The position numbers were made by a program, and so were the translations under genes. Shown piece after piece: positions 33,381 to 46,315 of a stretch of 47,565 bases of DNA. The DNA lies in assembly GCA_020536535.1 (NCBI GenBank), contig JAHLWZ010000920.1, forward strand, positions 1-47,565, written 5' to 3'. This DNA comes from Pelomyxa schiedti. Its lineage: Eukaryota; Protista; Evosea. The notes beneath the pieces were generated by a model that saw nothing but the letters and a program-made list of their open reading frames with translations, did no database searches and was not told the origin of the DNA. Numbering within the stretch: position 1 is the stretch's first letter; the number at the start of each line of letters is the position of its first letter.

Positions 33381-34862
33381 ATGTGGCCATTAACAAAAGA
33401 AAACGGAACAGCAGCGGCTATTGCGGCAGCGTCAGCAGTGAATCTGCAGTCTACGACGAGCAGCTCCACTCTAGTGTATTTTTTGACAGCTCTGTCTGTT
33501 CTGACTCTCGGTGGTTCTCTCATCGTTGACGCGCTATCACTCCTTCTTCAAGGATTTGGCGCGTTGCTGTTGACGTGTGTTGTTCTCCTGGGAACGGCCG
33601 ACGCTATCGCTACGTCCATAAAGAGCCTGTTCACGGGAAGAAATTTGAACGACCCGTACGACGTGCCTGTTGATGACAAGGACTACGAGACTGATAACGT
33701 CTCTACAAACGATGTCAAGGTACTGGCTGAGCACAACGGTTTGCAGTACGAGGAACACTTGGTACCGACTGACGACGGTCACATCCTCCTCGTTCACCGC
33801 GTCTTCTGCTCCAAGTACTCCGGATCCAAATCTTTCCTTCCTGTTTTATGTGCCCATGGCGTTTTGAACCGTGCCGGTGTATTCATTGCTGGATCCAAGA
33901 GGAGTTTGGCAGTTTACTTGGCCAATTCTGGACTGGATGTGTGGCTCATGAATTCCCGGGCCATTTTTCCTTTACATACCTTTATGAGGTAAACAACTCC
34001 CTACATATCAAATGTATTTTAATACTGAAATAGCACAAATGACCCACGTTATTGGGACTGGTCCCTTGATGAACTGGGACACTACGATGTACCTGCGGCA
34101 CTTGCTTTCGTACAGAAAGCTACCTCTAGCGCTAAGGTGGCTTACATTGGCCACTCCCAGGGTGCCGCCCAAGCGTTTGTTGCATTACACGACCATCCGG
34201 ATCTGGCCAACGATATCAGCGTTCTGATAGGCCTCGCTCCAGCCGTGTTTGTTCACCCCCCTTCGCAGTGGATAGTCAAGAACTTCCTCTCACGGATGAG
34301 TGTACCCCTTATCCGGATTTTATTTGGGCATTCATCCTTCATCCCGCTCATGCTATTGGTGCAAAAATATGCCTCGGCTTATTTCTTTGGGAGCTTGGCT
34401 TATATTGTGTTCAACTACCTCTTTTCATGGAACGACCACACTTGGCAAAAGTGGCGCCGAGGGACCTACTTCCAGTTCACACCGGCTGCCGTTTCTTCTC
34501 GATTGGTAGGCCACTGGCTTGCCAATTTGCGCAACGGGAGACTGAGGAAACTTCGCCCAACTCCAGTCAACTACAGTAAGTCATCAACTGACGACGAACC
34601 CAGTGAGTACAGCAACAACGAAGTGGAAAACTACCAATTCGAAAACGTGAACTGCAATGTGGCCATATTCCACGCCGGAAATGACAACCTCGTGGATAGC
34701 AAACCACTAGCACAAGCAATCAGAGAACAGTCTAGTGGGAAAATTGTTCACTACGAGGAACTAGCAGGATACAATCACATGGATGTAATTTGGGGCAAGG
34801 ATGCCCCAGACCGAGTCTTCCACAACATTGTAAAGTTGGTCAGAACATCCACGCGAAAGTGA
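33381..34862 (+). CDS. Acid lipase / steryl-ester hydrolase (Tgl1/Yeh-like alpha/beta hydrolase), one intron
   Basis: EEHLVPTDDGHILLVHR, HG oxyanion motif, YWDWSLDELGHYDVPA, nucleophile GHSQG, catalytic Asp (GNDNLV) and His (YNHMD), plus N-terminal hydrophobic segments. Confidence 0.93.
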
Positions 34863-35314
34863 ATTTCTGCGTCCTTGTTTCTGCTTGTACAAAAAAAAAC
34901 AAAGTAAAAAACAAATACTTGTAGTTTGCAGTTCACCACAATTTTTTTTCTTCATAAGGAATATGTTCTCTTGCAGGGTGTGATGGCTCTGGGCATTTAC
35001 AGATGTCCAGATAGAAAGAAGGTTTGGGCTGGAAAACAGACAGAAACCTGAGGGGTTCGGGATTTTAAAAAAAGGAACATCAGCACATCAAAGAAAGCCG
35101 TTATTGACGAACCGGTTAGACACAACCTACGAAAGTCGTTTTTTTTCGTAACTTCCGTTAGGTTTTTTTGTTCATAACGTTTTTGGTCACGCAGGTGTAC
35201 AGCGACTAGTGGCGCCCGATAGATAGGGAGGGGAAAAAAAAAATTGAGGGCCACGAGGAAACAAAACACGAGGAAGCCAACAACACGAACCAAAAACACC
35301 CTTGGACGCTCAGC

Positions 35315-37321
35315 ATGATCATCAACAACAGCAATAGCAACGGCAACGGCAACGGCAACGGCAACGCTCCCGCTGCCTCGCCGGTTCTAAGAGGAAACGT
35401 GAACGACTTGGTGGTGGACGTTGGGGGCGTGGACGACGAGGCCAAGAGCCGGGCTTTGCTGTTACAACAGCAGGCAGATAGGATCGGCATCCACAGCAGC
35501 CAGCAAAATTCGACTGCTGGGGTGATTCAGGCGCAGTTGCAGCAATTGGGAATGGAATCGCAATTGACATGCGCTCAGCGCCAGTCTGTTTTGATGTATG
35601 AAATGCAACAGACGGTTCACCAGCAACACCAGCAGCAACAACAACAGCAACAGGAGCAAACAGAGAACCAACGTGTAAGGAACTTCAAGCATAATTCCCA
35701 GCAGCCAAGGCAGCAGCAAAGAAAACGCCAGAACCCAAATGTTATTATTGGTTCTGGGTCTCCAACTGTGTTGGAATATGAGGAATCGTTGCAGGATAGT
35801 GACGATAAAAAACTTGACAAGTTTGTACACACTCCCCCTTTTTTCCATCCCATTGAACACTTCAATGTAGACGTAAGAAGGGACCATGGACACCCGAGGT
35901 AACTTGGATTTTTGTTTTTCCCCACTTGTTATGACTCACTTCCCTTAGGAAGACGCTTTGTTGACTCAATTGGTTGCTGAGAATGGCACCGGGCAGTGGA
36001 CTACAATTGCAAGTCAGATAAATGGGCGAGTTGGAAAACAATGCAGAGAAAGGTTTTAATCCGGGCCCGTTGTGAAGGTCTAATTGTCCTCAGGTACTTC
36101 AATCACCTTGCACCAGCAGTTAGAAAGGATCCCTGGACAGCTGCAGAAGATGAACTAATAATAACTGCCCACCATACTTTGGGTAATAAATGGACTGATA
36201 TATCCCGTATGCTGGAAGGCAGAACTGCCAATTCTGTAAAAAATAGATGGAACTCAACACTGAAGGTTTAAAAGCGGTTCTTAAAAAGAGATAACTAACA
36301 ATTTATGAAGAGAAGAGTTGCTGAAAACGCCAGCCAAGTACCCATTTCTCCTTCACAATCTAGTAAAAGACGAAAAGTACCAAAGGAGAGCCAGCCTCAA
36401 CACCCAATTCCACTGGAAGATGACAACCAGGGCTCACTTTCCCCACTCCCCACCGTGGGGCAAAACCAAGCATTTCCACTACAAATACCCGGAGACTTAG
36501 CCGCATCACGATACAATGAAATTCTGCCACCCATTACCTTAGGCCTTCCACAGCAGCATCAACATCAACACCAGCACCAGCACCAACACCAGCATCAACA
36601 CCAGTCACAACCACCACTGCCAAATACTCCCGGGATGCTTCGCCACTTGCAACCCTCACTTCCTCCCCCATCCTCACCCCCTTCGCCGGATTGCTCATCT
36701 TCCTCCTCCGGTTCCTGCTGCTCCTCGCCATCCCCGCCTCAAATACAGTCTACTGTGCCTCTGCCCTTCCCGCCGCCTCTCTCTGCGTTCTACACACCCC
36801 CTCTGCCCATTTACTTCAATCAGTACGACGGCAGTTCGCTTCAGTTCTATCCGGCGAACATTCCAAAAATGGACGGGACTCCGGGCATCCCTCAGTGCCA
36901 ATCTTACGCCAACTTCCTGGAACTTCTCTGTGCACCAAGCGTAGTCATTCCAAACGCCGTTCGTGCGTTTCCCAACAAAGATGGTTCCCGCGGTGGTGAA
37001 ATAGACCAGCAACATCGACAGCAAGAACTTCAAAGAGAAGAACAAGAAGAACAAAAACCGCAACTCACAGCACCACCCACCCAAGAACAGCAATCATCAC
37101 TATCGCAACAACAGCAACATTCCTGTAACTGCAACTGTCACTGCCACGATAACAACAGCCACAGCCCTCCAAGCAATTACACACAGCAGCAATCCAACAG
37201 CAACATAGCCAACTATGGTACATCCTCACCACTCAGGCAGCTTCCCAAATCAGTGTATCTTGGCAATCCCAATCTCCCTCCCTACACTCAATACAATCCA
37301 CAAGATTGCACCCTCATGTAA
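35315..37321 (+). CDS. R2R3-type Myb transcription factor with Gln-, His-Gln- and Pro-rich regions
   Basis: KGPWTPE|EDALL...WTTIA...GRVGKQCRER|YFNHLAPAVRKDPWTAAEDELI...GNKWTDISRMLEGRTANSVKNRWNSTLK. Confidence 0.93.
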
Positions 37322-37429
37322 ATACTCCTGCACAATGTTGCTTGTGATTGTAGTTGTATCATGAATAAAAAACAACAGAAACTTCTTTTTCTCACAAAGA
37401 TCGTCCATTCGCCGAATTAATATTCGTTG

Positions 37430-39088
37430 ATGAAGGAAAGCCCAACAGCAACCACCGCAGTAACTAACAATGTGTCCGAGCCCACGAACAAGAGAGACCA
37501 CGTGGGGGCGGCGAGAGCCACACGATTGGTCCTTATGGGAGACTGTGCGGCAGCCTCGATCGCCGCCCACGTCGCGGAGTTACGGGGCAGGACTACACCA
37601 CGAGCCACAGCTAGCGAAAACGAAAATAACCCTGAGGGAGCGAGGAGGGAGCAAGTAAATGGAGGCCAAATTACTGTAAATCCACTAGATCCCAGGAGGC
37701 AACATGCTGCTGTACTTTCCTTGTTGCTTTGCGTTTTTTTCTTATTATGGGAAGCCAGGTTGTGATTCAGAGGAATTTCCGAAAGCGAAGGTTCACCATT
37801 TTTTTTTGTTTTTGAGTGAGGTTAACCTTTAGGTAGATTTGTAGGATATATTACAAAAGTAGCTGCTCAGTGCAGAAATAAGAGATCCTCTGTCATTGAG
37901 CTACGTACAACGGAACTGGATTATATTGCGCATCTTCTCGAACTGAGAGAGACGTTCCAGATGCCATTAGTAACACATAACCTCTTGGAACCTGAAAAAA
38001 TAGTTGCGCTGTAATTTTGTACTTATATTGGCTGAAACCAGAAAATAGATGATAATATTTCCCTATTTGCATAAGTTATCTTCTCTCCACGCGGATTTCG
38101 TAGCCAGACTCACACCTGCAGTAAAGGACTGGAAGTCCTATTCACAAATAGGGAATTTACTATGCGATTTCGTTACAGATCCTCAATTCTTTGAAGCGTA
38201 TAGAAGTTTTATCTGCAGGTACTCAGTTAGTTTGGTGACCCCAAATCATAACTATTACAGGTTTGAAATAATACAACGCCACGTGGACTTGTATTATCAA
38301 ACAGAGAAGCCCTTCCGCGAATATGTTGACTCCAGGATATCCTCAACCATGGGCAGTGGGAAGCAATATTTGCAGTCACTGCTAATAACCATTGGTACTT
38401 ATGAACGATCTCTACCCAATTGCCTCATGGTTCACATTTAGTTCAGAGACTTCCACGTTATCAACTGCTTGCAAGGGATCTTCTCAAGTGTGTTCTTTAA
38501 CACATCCAAATTTGTGCCGATTGGAACGTTAACTGTTAACTACAGATATACGTATACAGAACACTCTGATACAGTCACTCTGAAGAAGGCAGTAGAAACG
38601 CTCAGAGAAATAACCTCCAACATCAACCGGGCAACGGGAAAGGATCACGATTGGGCTCCAATAACATTCCCTTCTCCTGGATGGTGCCGGGTCTGTGATC
38701 AGAGGCTACTGGGGTACACAATCCCAATCCTCCGAATTAACTGCCAACATTCGCACCATAGTTTTGGATTACGAGGCATCAAATGCCTAGCCTGTAATAT
38801 AGTTGTTCACAAGGAATGTTGCGGTTCCCAGCACCTTGCTCCCTGCCCAGGGCACCCGGAAAGCTTCAATGGGGTGTGTTCTTTCCCTTCCCTTCCCTTT
38901 CCTTTCATGAGGCTAATTTTCTAACCAACCATCTAAAAGGCACTTCTGACCCACGTGGCAACGACGATTTCCGAGACCCACAAAAAGGCAACCCACAAGG
39001 AGTAGGCCGTCCCTTGTGGGTTGCACATCCAATAATACATAGAAAGAGTCAAGTCCCCCTTGCACCGCGTTTGCGAAACCAAGTGTAA
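37430..39088 (+). CDS. RhoGEF: IQ-like motif, DH domain and C1 domain (3' end uncertain, may reach ~39376)
   Basis: AAVVIQRNFRKR; ELRTTELDYIAHL...LQSLLITIVQRLPRYQLLARDLLKYT; C1 HDW...WCRVC...CLACNIVVHKEC...C. Confidence 0.85.
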
Positions 39089-39442
39089 GGTTCGTCCCAA
39101 TTCAGACAATCGCCGAAAACCAGCGTAAAGTGCCCCGAACAGAGGAAATGCAAACCCCAATAAGGCTATTCCTACGCGATTTAGCCATCTGGAACACTAC
39201 AAACAAAGCAGTCGGATCTTTTACTCGAATCATAACTGATATGATGTTGTGTTTCCGCTGCCCTGACAGTTTTTTTTCTGGGAAATATCCAACTGCCTAG
39301 AGTCTTTTTCTTCCCCAACGGTCCCGACAAAGTGACAGAGACACAACGAAACAAAGCCCTCGGGGTGTGCAGTTAAAACACAACGGGAAAAGAAAACAAA
39401 AAGCGAAGGAGTCAACTCAGTACCCCCGAACCCACGAAAGAA

Positions 39443-41020
39443 ATGACTCTGTGTGCCACCCCAAAAAATGGAAACTTCAGTGGCAACAAGGACACTGGAT
39501 GGACCACATTCTCTTCTCATTTTCCCATAAGTGGAGACCTGGTTTCGCCCAGCACGCCAGGTACACAGCCGCTCAGCACCCCAACTTGGGTGCACTCTGA
39601 TGAGAGAGGCGTTTTCACTGAAGCCCAAACTACCCCATGCACTACGACGCCACAATCTGAACCTCGGAAGCTGAGACTGGAGAGTTCCCAGATGATTAGT
39701 TCACCTTGTAGAATGCCTAAGAAGGCGTGCACGAGGTCAATGACGAGAGCGAGTGATGGGACTATTCAGCATCCACTCCCGACGAAAGAGCTTGACTCGA
39801 ACCCAGTGCAAATAGTTCTCAGTGATACCGAGATATTCAAGTTTCGAATGGTCGAGGTGATGCGAATATTTTCCACTTGAAAGATTCTAATTCTGTATGT
39901 TGGAAATTACAGGTTTACATGCTTGTGTCTAGAGCGTGGAGAATAGCCCAAGAGTTGGATCAGTCGTATCTATTTCTTGCAGGACTGAGTGCTAAAGCAT
40001 GCCTTCATAACAGCCATGAGGGTACTGAGTAGCATTCTTTTCTACTAATCTAAAACCGTAGTAGAAGCAAGGTGCCTTAGGTGCATCCCTGATAGCGGAA
40101 AGCTTATTTCAATTGAGGTGAGTACGAGATGCACAACTCATGGTAGAGCACCAGATATTCTTGAGTGCTATCAATTTCGTTTGAGATCCCACTGCACTTC
40201 TTCAAGGTACATATGTGTCCATGTTCCAAGACAAACTTCATTCCAGAGATCACTTGGGGGACTCCCTTGTATTGAGGATTGATAACCTTGTGGGCTCTCG
40301 TGGCATATATTCCTCTCCGTTTAGACTTTTAGCTCGAGTTCACTTCAGGAAGAAGGAACCAGGTTTGAATGTAACCAATCAAAAACAATGGTTCTGATTC
40401 AACTATGTTACAGTGACCGGGAACACTGTAGTTCCTAGTGAAATCCCCCGTTTCGATCTGCCTGAGACTCCAAGGAATGTAGATGCTGAGAGGGACACGG
40501 GCGGGACTTGTCAGAAAGAAATCCTCCTGCTTCAGCAATCACCCCAATTGCTCGTTCACTTGGATTTTCAGCCACTGACCGTTGCATGTTCGCTCTTCCC
40601 AGTAAAACTGTTCACTCACTGATATCCTTAGCCACAAAGAATGGAGCTGAGCTTGGGGTAATTGTCCGGCTCGTGAAGCACAGTGTTGCTCCCATCATTT
40701 CCACAAAGTTGACCATGAATGCATTTCAGTTCCTTCGAGCAACCTTTGGTGACCAGTTCATAAAGATTGAATATGTTCCTCTCACAAGTGCGTTTTCTCG
40801 GTTTACTGAATGCATATTACAAATAACAATTTAAGCTCCAACTAACAATCCCACAGATGGATTTTGCATTACAGTTGCCTCGTTCAGGACACCAGAATCA
40901 GCCCAACGCGGGCTGCAAATTTTTCATCACTACTTGTCAAATACAACTCTCAATGGTCTTGGAATCGACTTCCTCTCCACAGCCATCATCACTCCTGTTT
41001 GGATGGTGCCCAGTTGGTAA
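39443..41020 (+). CDS. Putative CudA-like transcription factor, paralogue 2
   Basis: Core LVSRAWR...CLRC...YQFRLRSHCTSSRDHLGDSLVL...PFRLLAR. It shares intron positions with 21251-23765. The family name is tentative. Confidence 0.55.
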
Positions 41021-41381
41021 GCCTTATTTCAAGCACTTGTAACAAAAGGATTTTTTGGTCAAAACATACACAAATTCACCTGTTGTTTGCCCTCACACTC
41101 TCCCATGAACAAACTGAACACCACCATCAGTCCGTATTGTACACGGAAGTGAGTGGAGTTTTAGATTTTACGGTTAGTCCACGAAACTACACGAACCGAA
41201 ATCCGAATTGCGGAATTCAGTGGGTGACAACATTACCCGGAAGCACGTACACGGAAGAACAAGAAAAACCTCCCAGCAACACGACAAACACAAACAAACA
41301 GAGATCTCGTTGGCGGTGTGCCGGACCCAAAGGCGGATGGCAGCAAGCAGGATCAGACGTTGTTTGTCTCCTTCGCCTTCA

Positions 41382-44300
41382 ATGCCGTTTATTGTCAACA
41401 CGTCGCCCCCACTATCTCACGCATTGGCTCCCAACTCGACTCCCGCAAGTCCAGAACACCCACACACGACCGCCTCTACGACCCCGGAAATGCGCCATTT
41501 AGTTCGGTTACGATGCAGCCAAAGCGCCAGTTCCGGCGCATTGGAGCCCAGTGCTAACGTGCCGTGCAGATCAAGCGCCCCCAGCGATGCTGATTCCGTA
41601 GGGGAGAACGAGTCACCCCGCGGTGGGCCGCCGAGCCCTCGCCTTTTTCTGTCTCAGTCGTCTCCTGTTCTCACGTACCCACCACCTTTCACGCTGTCCC
41701 ACTCGCCAACTCCTCCGATAACCATTACGGCACCACCGTCTCCTCAGCATCAACGCCGAAATTCGTTTTCCTCAGCTACACTTCTAAGTACATCGCCCTT
41801 CTCATTCCGGAACAGCCTTGCTACTACCCCGTCTTGTGTCTTTGGACAGCCAACTGTGTCTGTGTGCACAGCTGGTCTTGTGCAGCTCTACCCACAACTT
41901 GTTTCGAATATGATTCAGTCTTGTGTTACATGGGCCGCAGATTTCAGACCTTCTACTAGTAATGTGCTCAATTTCCATTGTTATTCAACCAAGAGTATGA
42001 CCCTATGAAGGTTTCTGCAATCCTATGTTGGCACAACAACATCTGGATAGGTGATGAGAGAGGCTCTGTTTCTATTTGGACTGTGAACCAAGATAAAGTA
42101 CGATTAAATTACTTCTTGGGAGCTCAAAGAATCAGATTCAACGAACTGTGGATGAATTCCAAGCGCACGATACAAAACTCACATCACTCGTATGTGTGAA
42201 AGGCGCCCAAGATCATGTTGTGTGGTCCTCATCGAACTATGGTGAATGTAGAATATGGAATGCTGAGGTTTGGCAATTGCATGAGAGTTTTCCCGTGGCT
42301 TAGCGTAAACAGAAGCACACACTACTTCGCACTGTGCCACTGCCAGCGCAATTCGGGCGACAAGCTGTCACCGGCCTCGTGTCAAAGTCCTGCATTGTTT
42401 GGGGCTTCTTATATCAAGATGTTGTAATCTGGGACACTGAGGTATTCATTTTTCGCATCTTCAGGTCTCACAGAATTAGGGTAACTTTTATGGGACTTAT
42501 ACTGTAGGTTGTGCAGGCATTGGGTGTGTTACTTTGGTTACACCCTACTGCATATGGTTAACATCTGGCTCGCGAGTTAACGTAGTGACCCTATCCAAAG
42601 AAAAGGTACAAACTACTCAAAAGCCTCTCTGAATCCTTGTTACTAGTGTGAGCAGTTGCACAACCAATGGCAAATTTCTCCGGGAGCCAGTTCTATGAAA
42701 TCTGCAAGTGATGTAAGCTTCAGTAAACCATTCAGGGTGCTGACAACAATTTTAGTTCAAGGAAGAAAATGCATTTTGGTTTTCACCTGACGAAAAAGAC
42801 AGCTCCATTGACCATTCATTGACATGTATTAAGACAATTGGAGGCCATGTGTGGACTGGGGATGTCTCTGGTTACATACGCATCTGGGATTCCGATGTAG
42901 GCCTAATCATTGAGAGATCAATAACCCACAACCATAAGACACAAGAACTCGTTTGGATAATCGAACCCGTGAGTAAAAATTCGAGAGTTACTGCACTATG
43001 TGATGCAAGATTACGAAATCCACCTTCTGTACTTTCGACATATGACGATGGCCTGGTGTGCATGTGGCACTCTGAGGTTTTTTTTTTCCCTTTCTCTTGG
43101 TTTCGTCAAAGTTTGGTGACACATTAGAAAGACATACCATTGCCTCTGTGATTGGCGGATGCATAGTGCTGCAATTGATTTTGCCGTTTCAATGACCATG
43201 TCAATGCTCATTCTATCCTTCCATTCAGAGGGAAGCATCCGTGTTTGGGGAAGAGAACCTCAGAAGGAAAGTCCTCAAGGCATGATCTTAGATGAGGGTG
43301 TAAAATACGTTGGGGGTATCCTGGAATTCGGAGGAAAGCAACTAAAGCATGGAATGGTGTGAACGTACAACTCTCTGCAACATAACCGTTCAACTAGGGT
43401 GAGCTTCACTTGACACAAGGGGCACAGACAATACTTTATGTTGGGCATTGGTTAAATGACAAGGTATTAGAACAATTATGCTTCCCCTCTAACATTCTAA
43501 AGCGCAACGGTTTCGGTGTTGAATCTTCTAGTGATGGTCAGTACTATGGACATTGGCGAGATGATGAAGTACATACATTTCTCTCACACTTTTTTTTAAC
43601 TTGTATGCAGAAATCTGGATTTGGAGTATGGAATGACCGAGGCAATTTTTTCAATAACACTTTCTTCAAAGGTTGCAATACAACCTGATGGTACGTGTCA
43701 TACTGGACTTTTTGCACGGGGTAAACCCAAGGGGCAAGGAAGTATGTATGATACGAATAAATTCCTTACTTTGCTGATAACCCTCCAGCTTTGTCTTTTA
43801 CGAGTGGGGATTGCATCTCTGGGTCATTTGAAGGAAATTCTGTCACTGGTGTATTGATAAAGTAATAATGACTGGCACTGTTCCATCGCCATTACATAAC
43901 TTTTCTGACAAAATATAGCCAGAAAAGGAAACCGTCACCCGGCAACCCAAGTAGAATGGAAAATAAATTTCCGAAATGGCGATTCCTTTGCCCCGTGACC
44001 CCAGAAGATAAATCCCTTGCATCATTTAATTTCCCCTTAGATGAAGTTCAAAAGGTTTTCCGATCTTTCCTCATTACCTACCTCTCACTTCAAAAGCCAT
44101 CAAAATGGACAGAGTATATTGTTTCTCGATTCCCCGAGAAACAGATAAATCCAAGAATATTTTCTGTTTTGCTCAAGTACTTGGTGCCTCTTATCTCGCC
44201 GTCTTATCTTCCATAGTGACCTAAACCATCCCCTCGGCCAATGTGTATACAAGTTTTGTCAAATCTTCACCGTTTGCTACCACGGGACACCGAGGAAGGA

Positions 44301-46199
44301 AGCAGCACCTGTTCTCGCTGATGCTGTGGATGACATCAATATGTTTGCAGGTATCACTGCGGAAAATTCAACATTAGGTTCATATTTATTAGAACAGATA
44401 ATCAGATGCACTGAATGTTTATTCAGTGCGCCAAGTGCCCCTAAAAAGCGTGAGTGGTTGCACTGCGCAAAAACAGTTCTGATTGCAAATACTTCCAGTG
44501 ATCTGTTCGCCCTTTACAGACAGACAGTTCGGTTTCTTTTTTTTACTGCACTTAAGTTTGACGAATTTTATGAGTAGTACAAAAGCGAGGGCCAGACATT
44601 AGCAATGAACCTGAATGCGCAACGTTGGAGATCTTTAAGGGAGCTTGGTGTTTCCAAAAAGTTCTGCCTGGAGGTTGTTCCATTTCTTACCTATATTATT
44701 ACTATCTTACATAAATTCCATAAAGGAGAGTCAGTTATTGCGCAGCAATCCTAAAGTAAGAGATATCAATTCAGTCAGTCCACCCCTGTCCAACAACATT
44801 GCAGAGGTAGAAACGGTTAATCTGCCAGGACCTATTCTCCCAACCCCGACAATTGCCGTGCCACAGGATTTCAACAGTCAAAATTCATTACCCGATGGGC
44901 TAGTTCGGAGTTCTGCCATCAGAATCCAGGAGGTGCCTCTCCCGCGCGGCTGTGCCAGTTTCGCTGTATTCCAGGAGACTAACGAGACACAAGTGACACC
45001 TACCCCCGAGAGATCAATTTCCACGCCCATTTCCGCGCCTATTCATATGTATACGCGGTCTTCTGCTCCACTTGGGCATCTCTCAAATGAAGATCCTTTC
45101 CTCTATCCCTCGAATCCCTGTTCCCCTCAATTGACACACTCTTTATATGGCAATAGTGGTACCAGTGGAGATAGGGAAGGTACGCCCCAGGAATTCTTAT
45201 GTAAACCTAAAGTTTCTGAAGGTTACACTCCTTACAAGCGGGCAATTAAACAGTTGCGGTTACTTCCAAGATGCAACTCTCTTCAGGCTATCTTGGAGTG
45301 CATTACTAGAGTTTCAAATGATATTAACATTGACATTGAACAGTACTACAATCAGTCAGCACTACCGGGTACTGATGTACCGCATGTGGAATTGTATCAC
45401 GATTTCAACTCACTTCCCAACCTTACAAACACAAAGGGGCCCAGATGACCGACTCTCTCTTCTCACATATGTGATGATAAAGGCCAATGTTACAGACATC
45501 CCGGCCAAGCTAGCGTTTGTATCCGACTTTGAGGATAAGACTTTACTTTCTGATGTTGCTGCTTTCAGGTAATAGTTACACTATCGGCGACGATGGTAAT
45601 GTAAAGTAGAATTCGTCAATTCGAGCAGGCAGTAAAATACAATCAAGGTCTCCAGTGGGAAATTGTAGATGAGAATGGGATTGTAGTGTCAATTCAAGGT
45701 AAACAACTGGTTTTTTTTTTTGTTGTTGTTTAATTGAAGAATAGTACTTGAAAAAAGACTTATGGAAATCCTGGAGGGATTCCCTCTTTCTAATAAAGAC
45801 AATCTCATTATAAACTTCGTCACCGAATTTTTACTTCTCTGTGGAACTGCTCCCTGTGACATTTTTGTTGTCGAGGGTTAGAGCTGTACACCCTTTAAGT
45901 GATTTCACAAATCATGCAGAGAGACTTGCACGCCCCCCATTAAAAGTTCCCTTCAGTCACCCACGCTTACAATGGCTTCACTTACTCAAGGATGATATGT
46001 ACTACAACAATGCAACCTTGTTCCCTTTAACCTTAATTTTAGCTTTTGGAAAGTGGCTAGCACTGTACTTAGCACTATTGGGATAGATTTGCAGTCGGTT
46101 CCACCTGATGGGCAGGAGGTAGAATTTAGATTTTCGACCAGTTATTCATCCCAAGTCTACCTGCACCTCTCCAAAAAGGTGGACTTGCTCAGAATGTAA
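41382..46199 (+). CDS. Alsin-like Rab5-family GEF: WD40 propeller, MORN repeats and VPS9 domain
   Basis: WD repeats (IWIGDERGSVSIW, VWTGDVSGYIRIWD); MORN (YVGHWLNDK|RNGFG, YYGHWRDDE|KSGFG); VPS9 (PYKRAIKQL...GPDDRLSLLTYVMIKA...FVSDF). The start may be 41337. Confidence 0.85.
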
Positions 46200-46315
46200 T
46201 TAAAGTAAACTATGTATGTAACTGTAAACTTCTAAAACAGTTTTGTTTATACTTGCTTCCATTGTTTTTGATTCAACCACAACCACAGTAGCACAGCACA
46301 CCACGCCACTCTTCA

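Noticed and set aside
44645-45448. Stand-alone 267-aa gene with a signal-like start
   Set aside because: It is an internal exon of the VPS9 gene, and its apparent N-terminus is translated intron.
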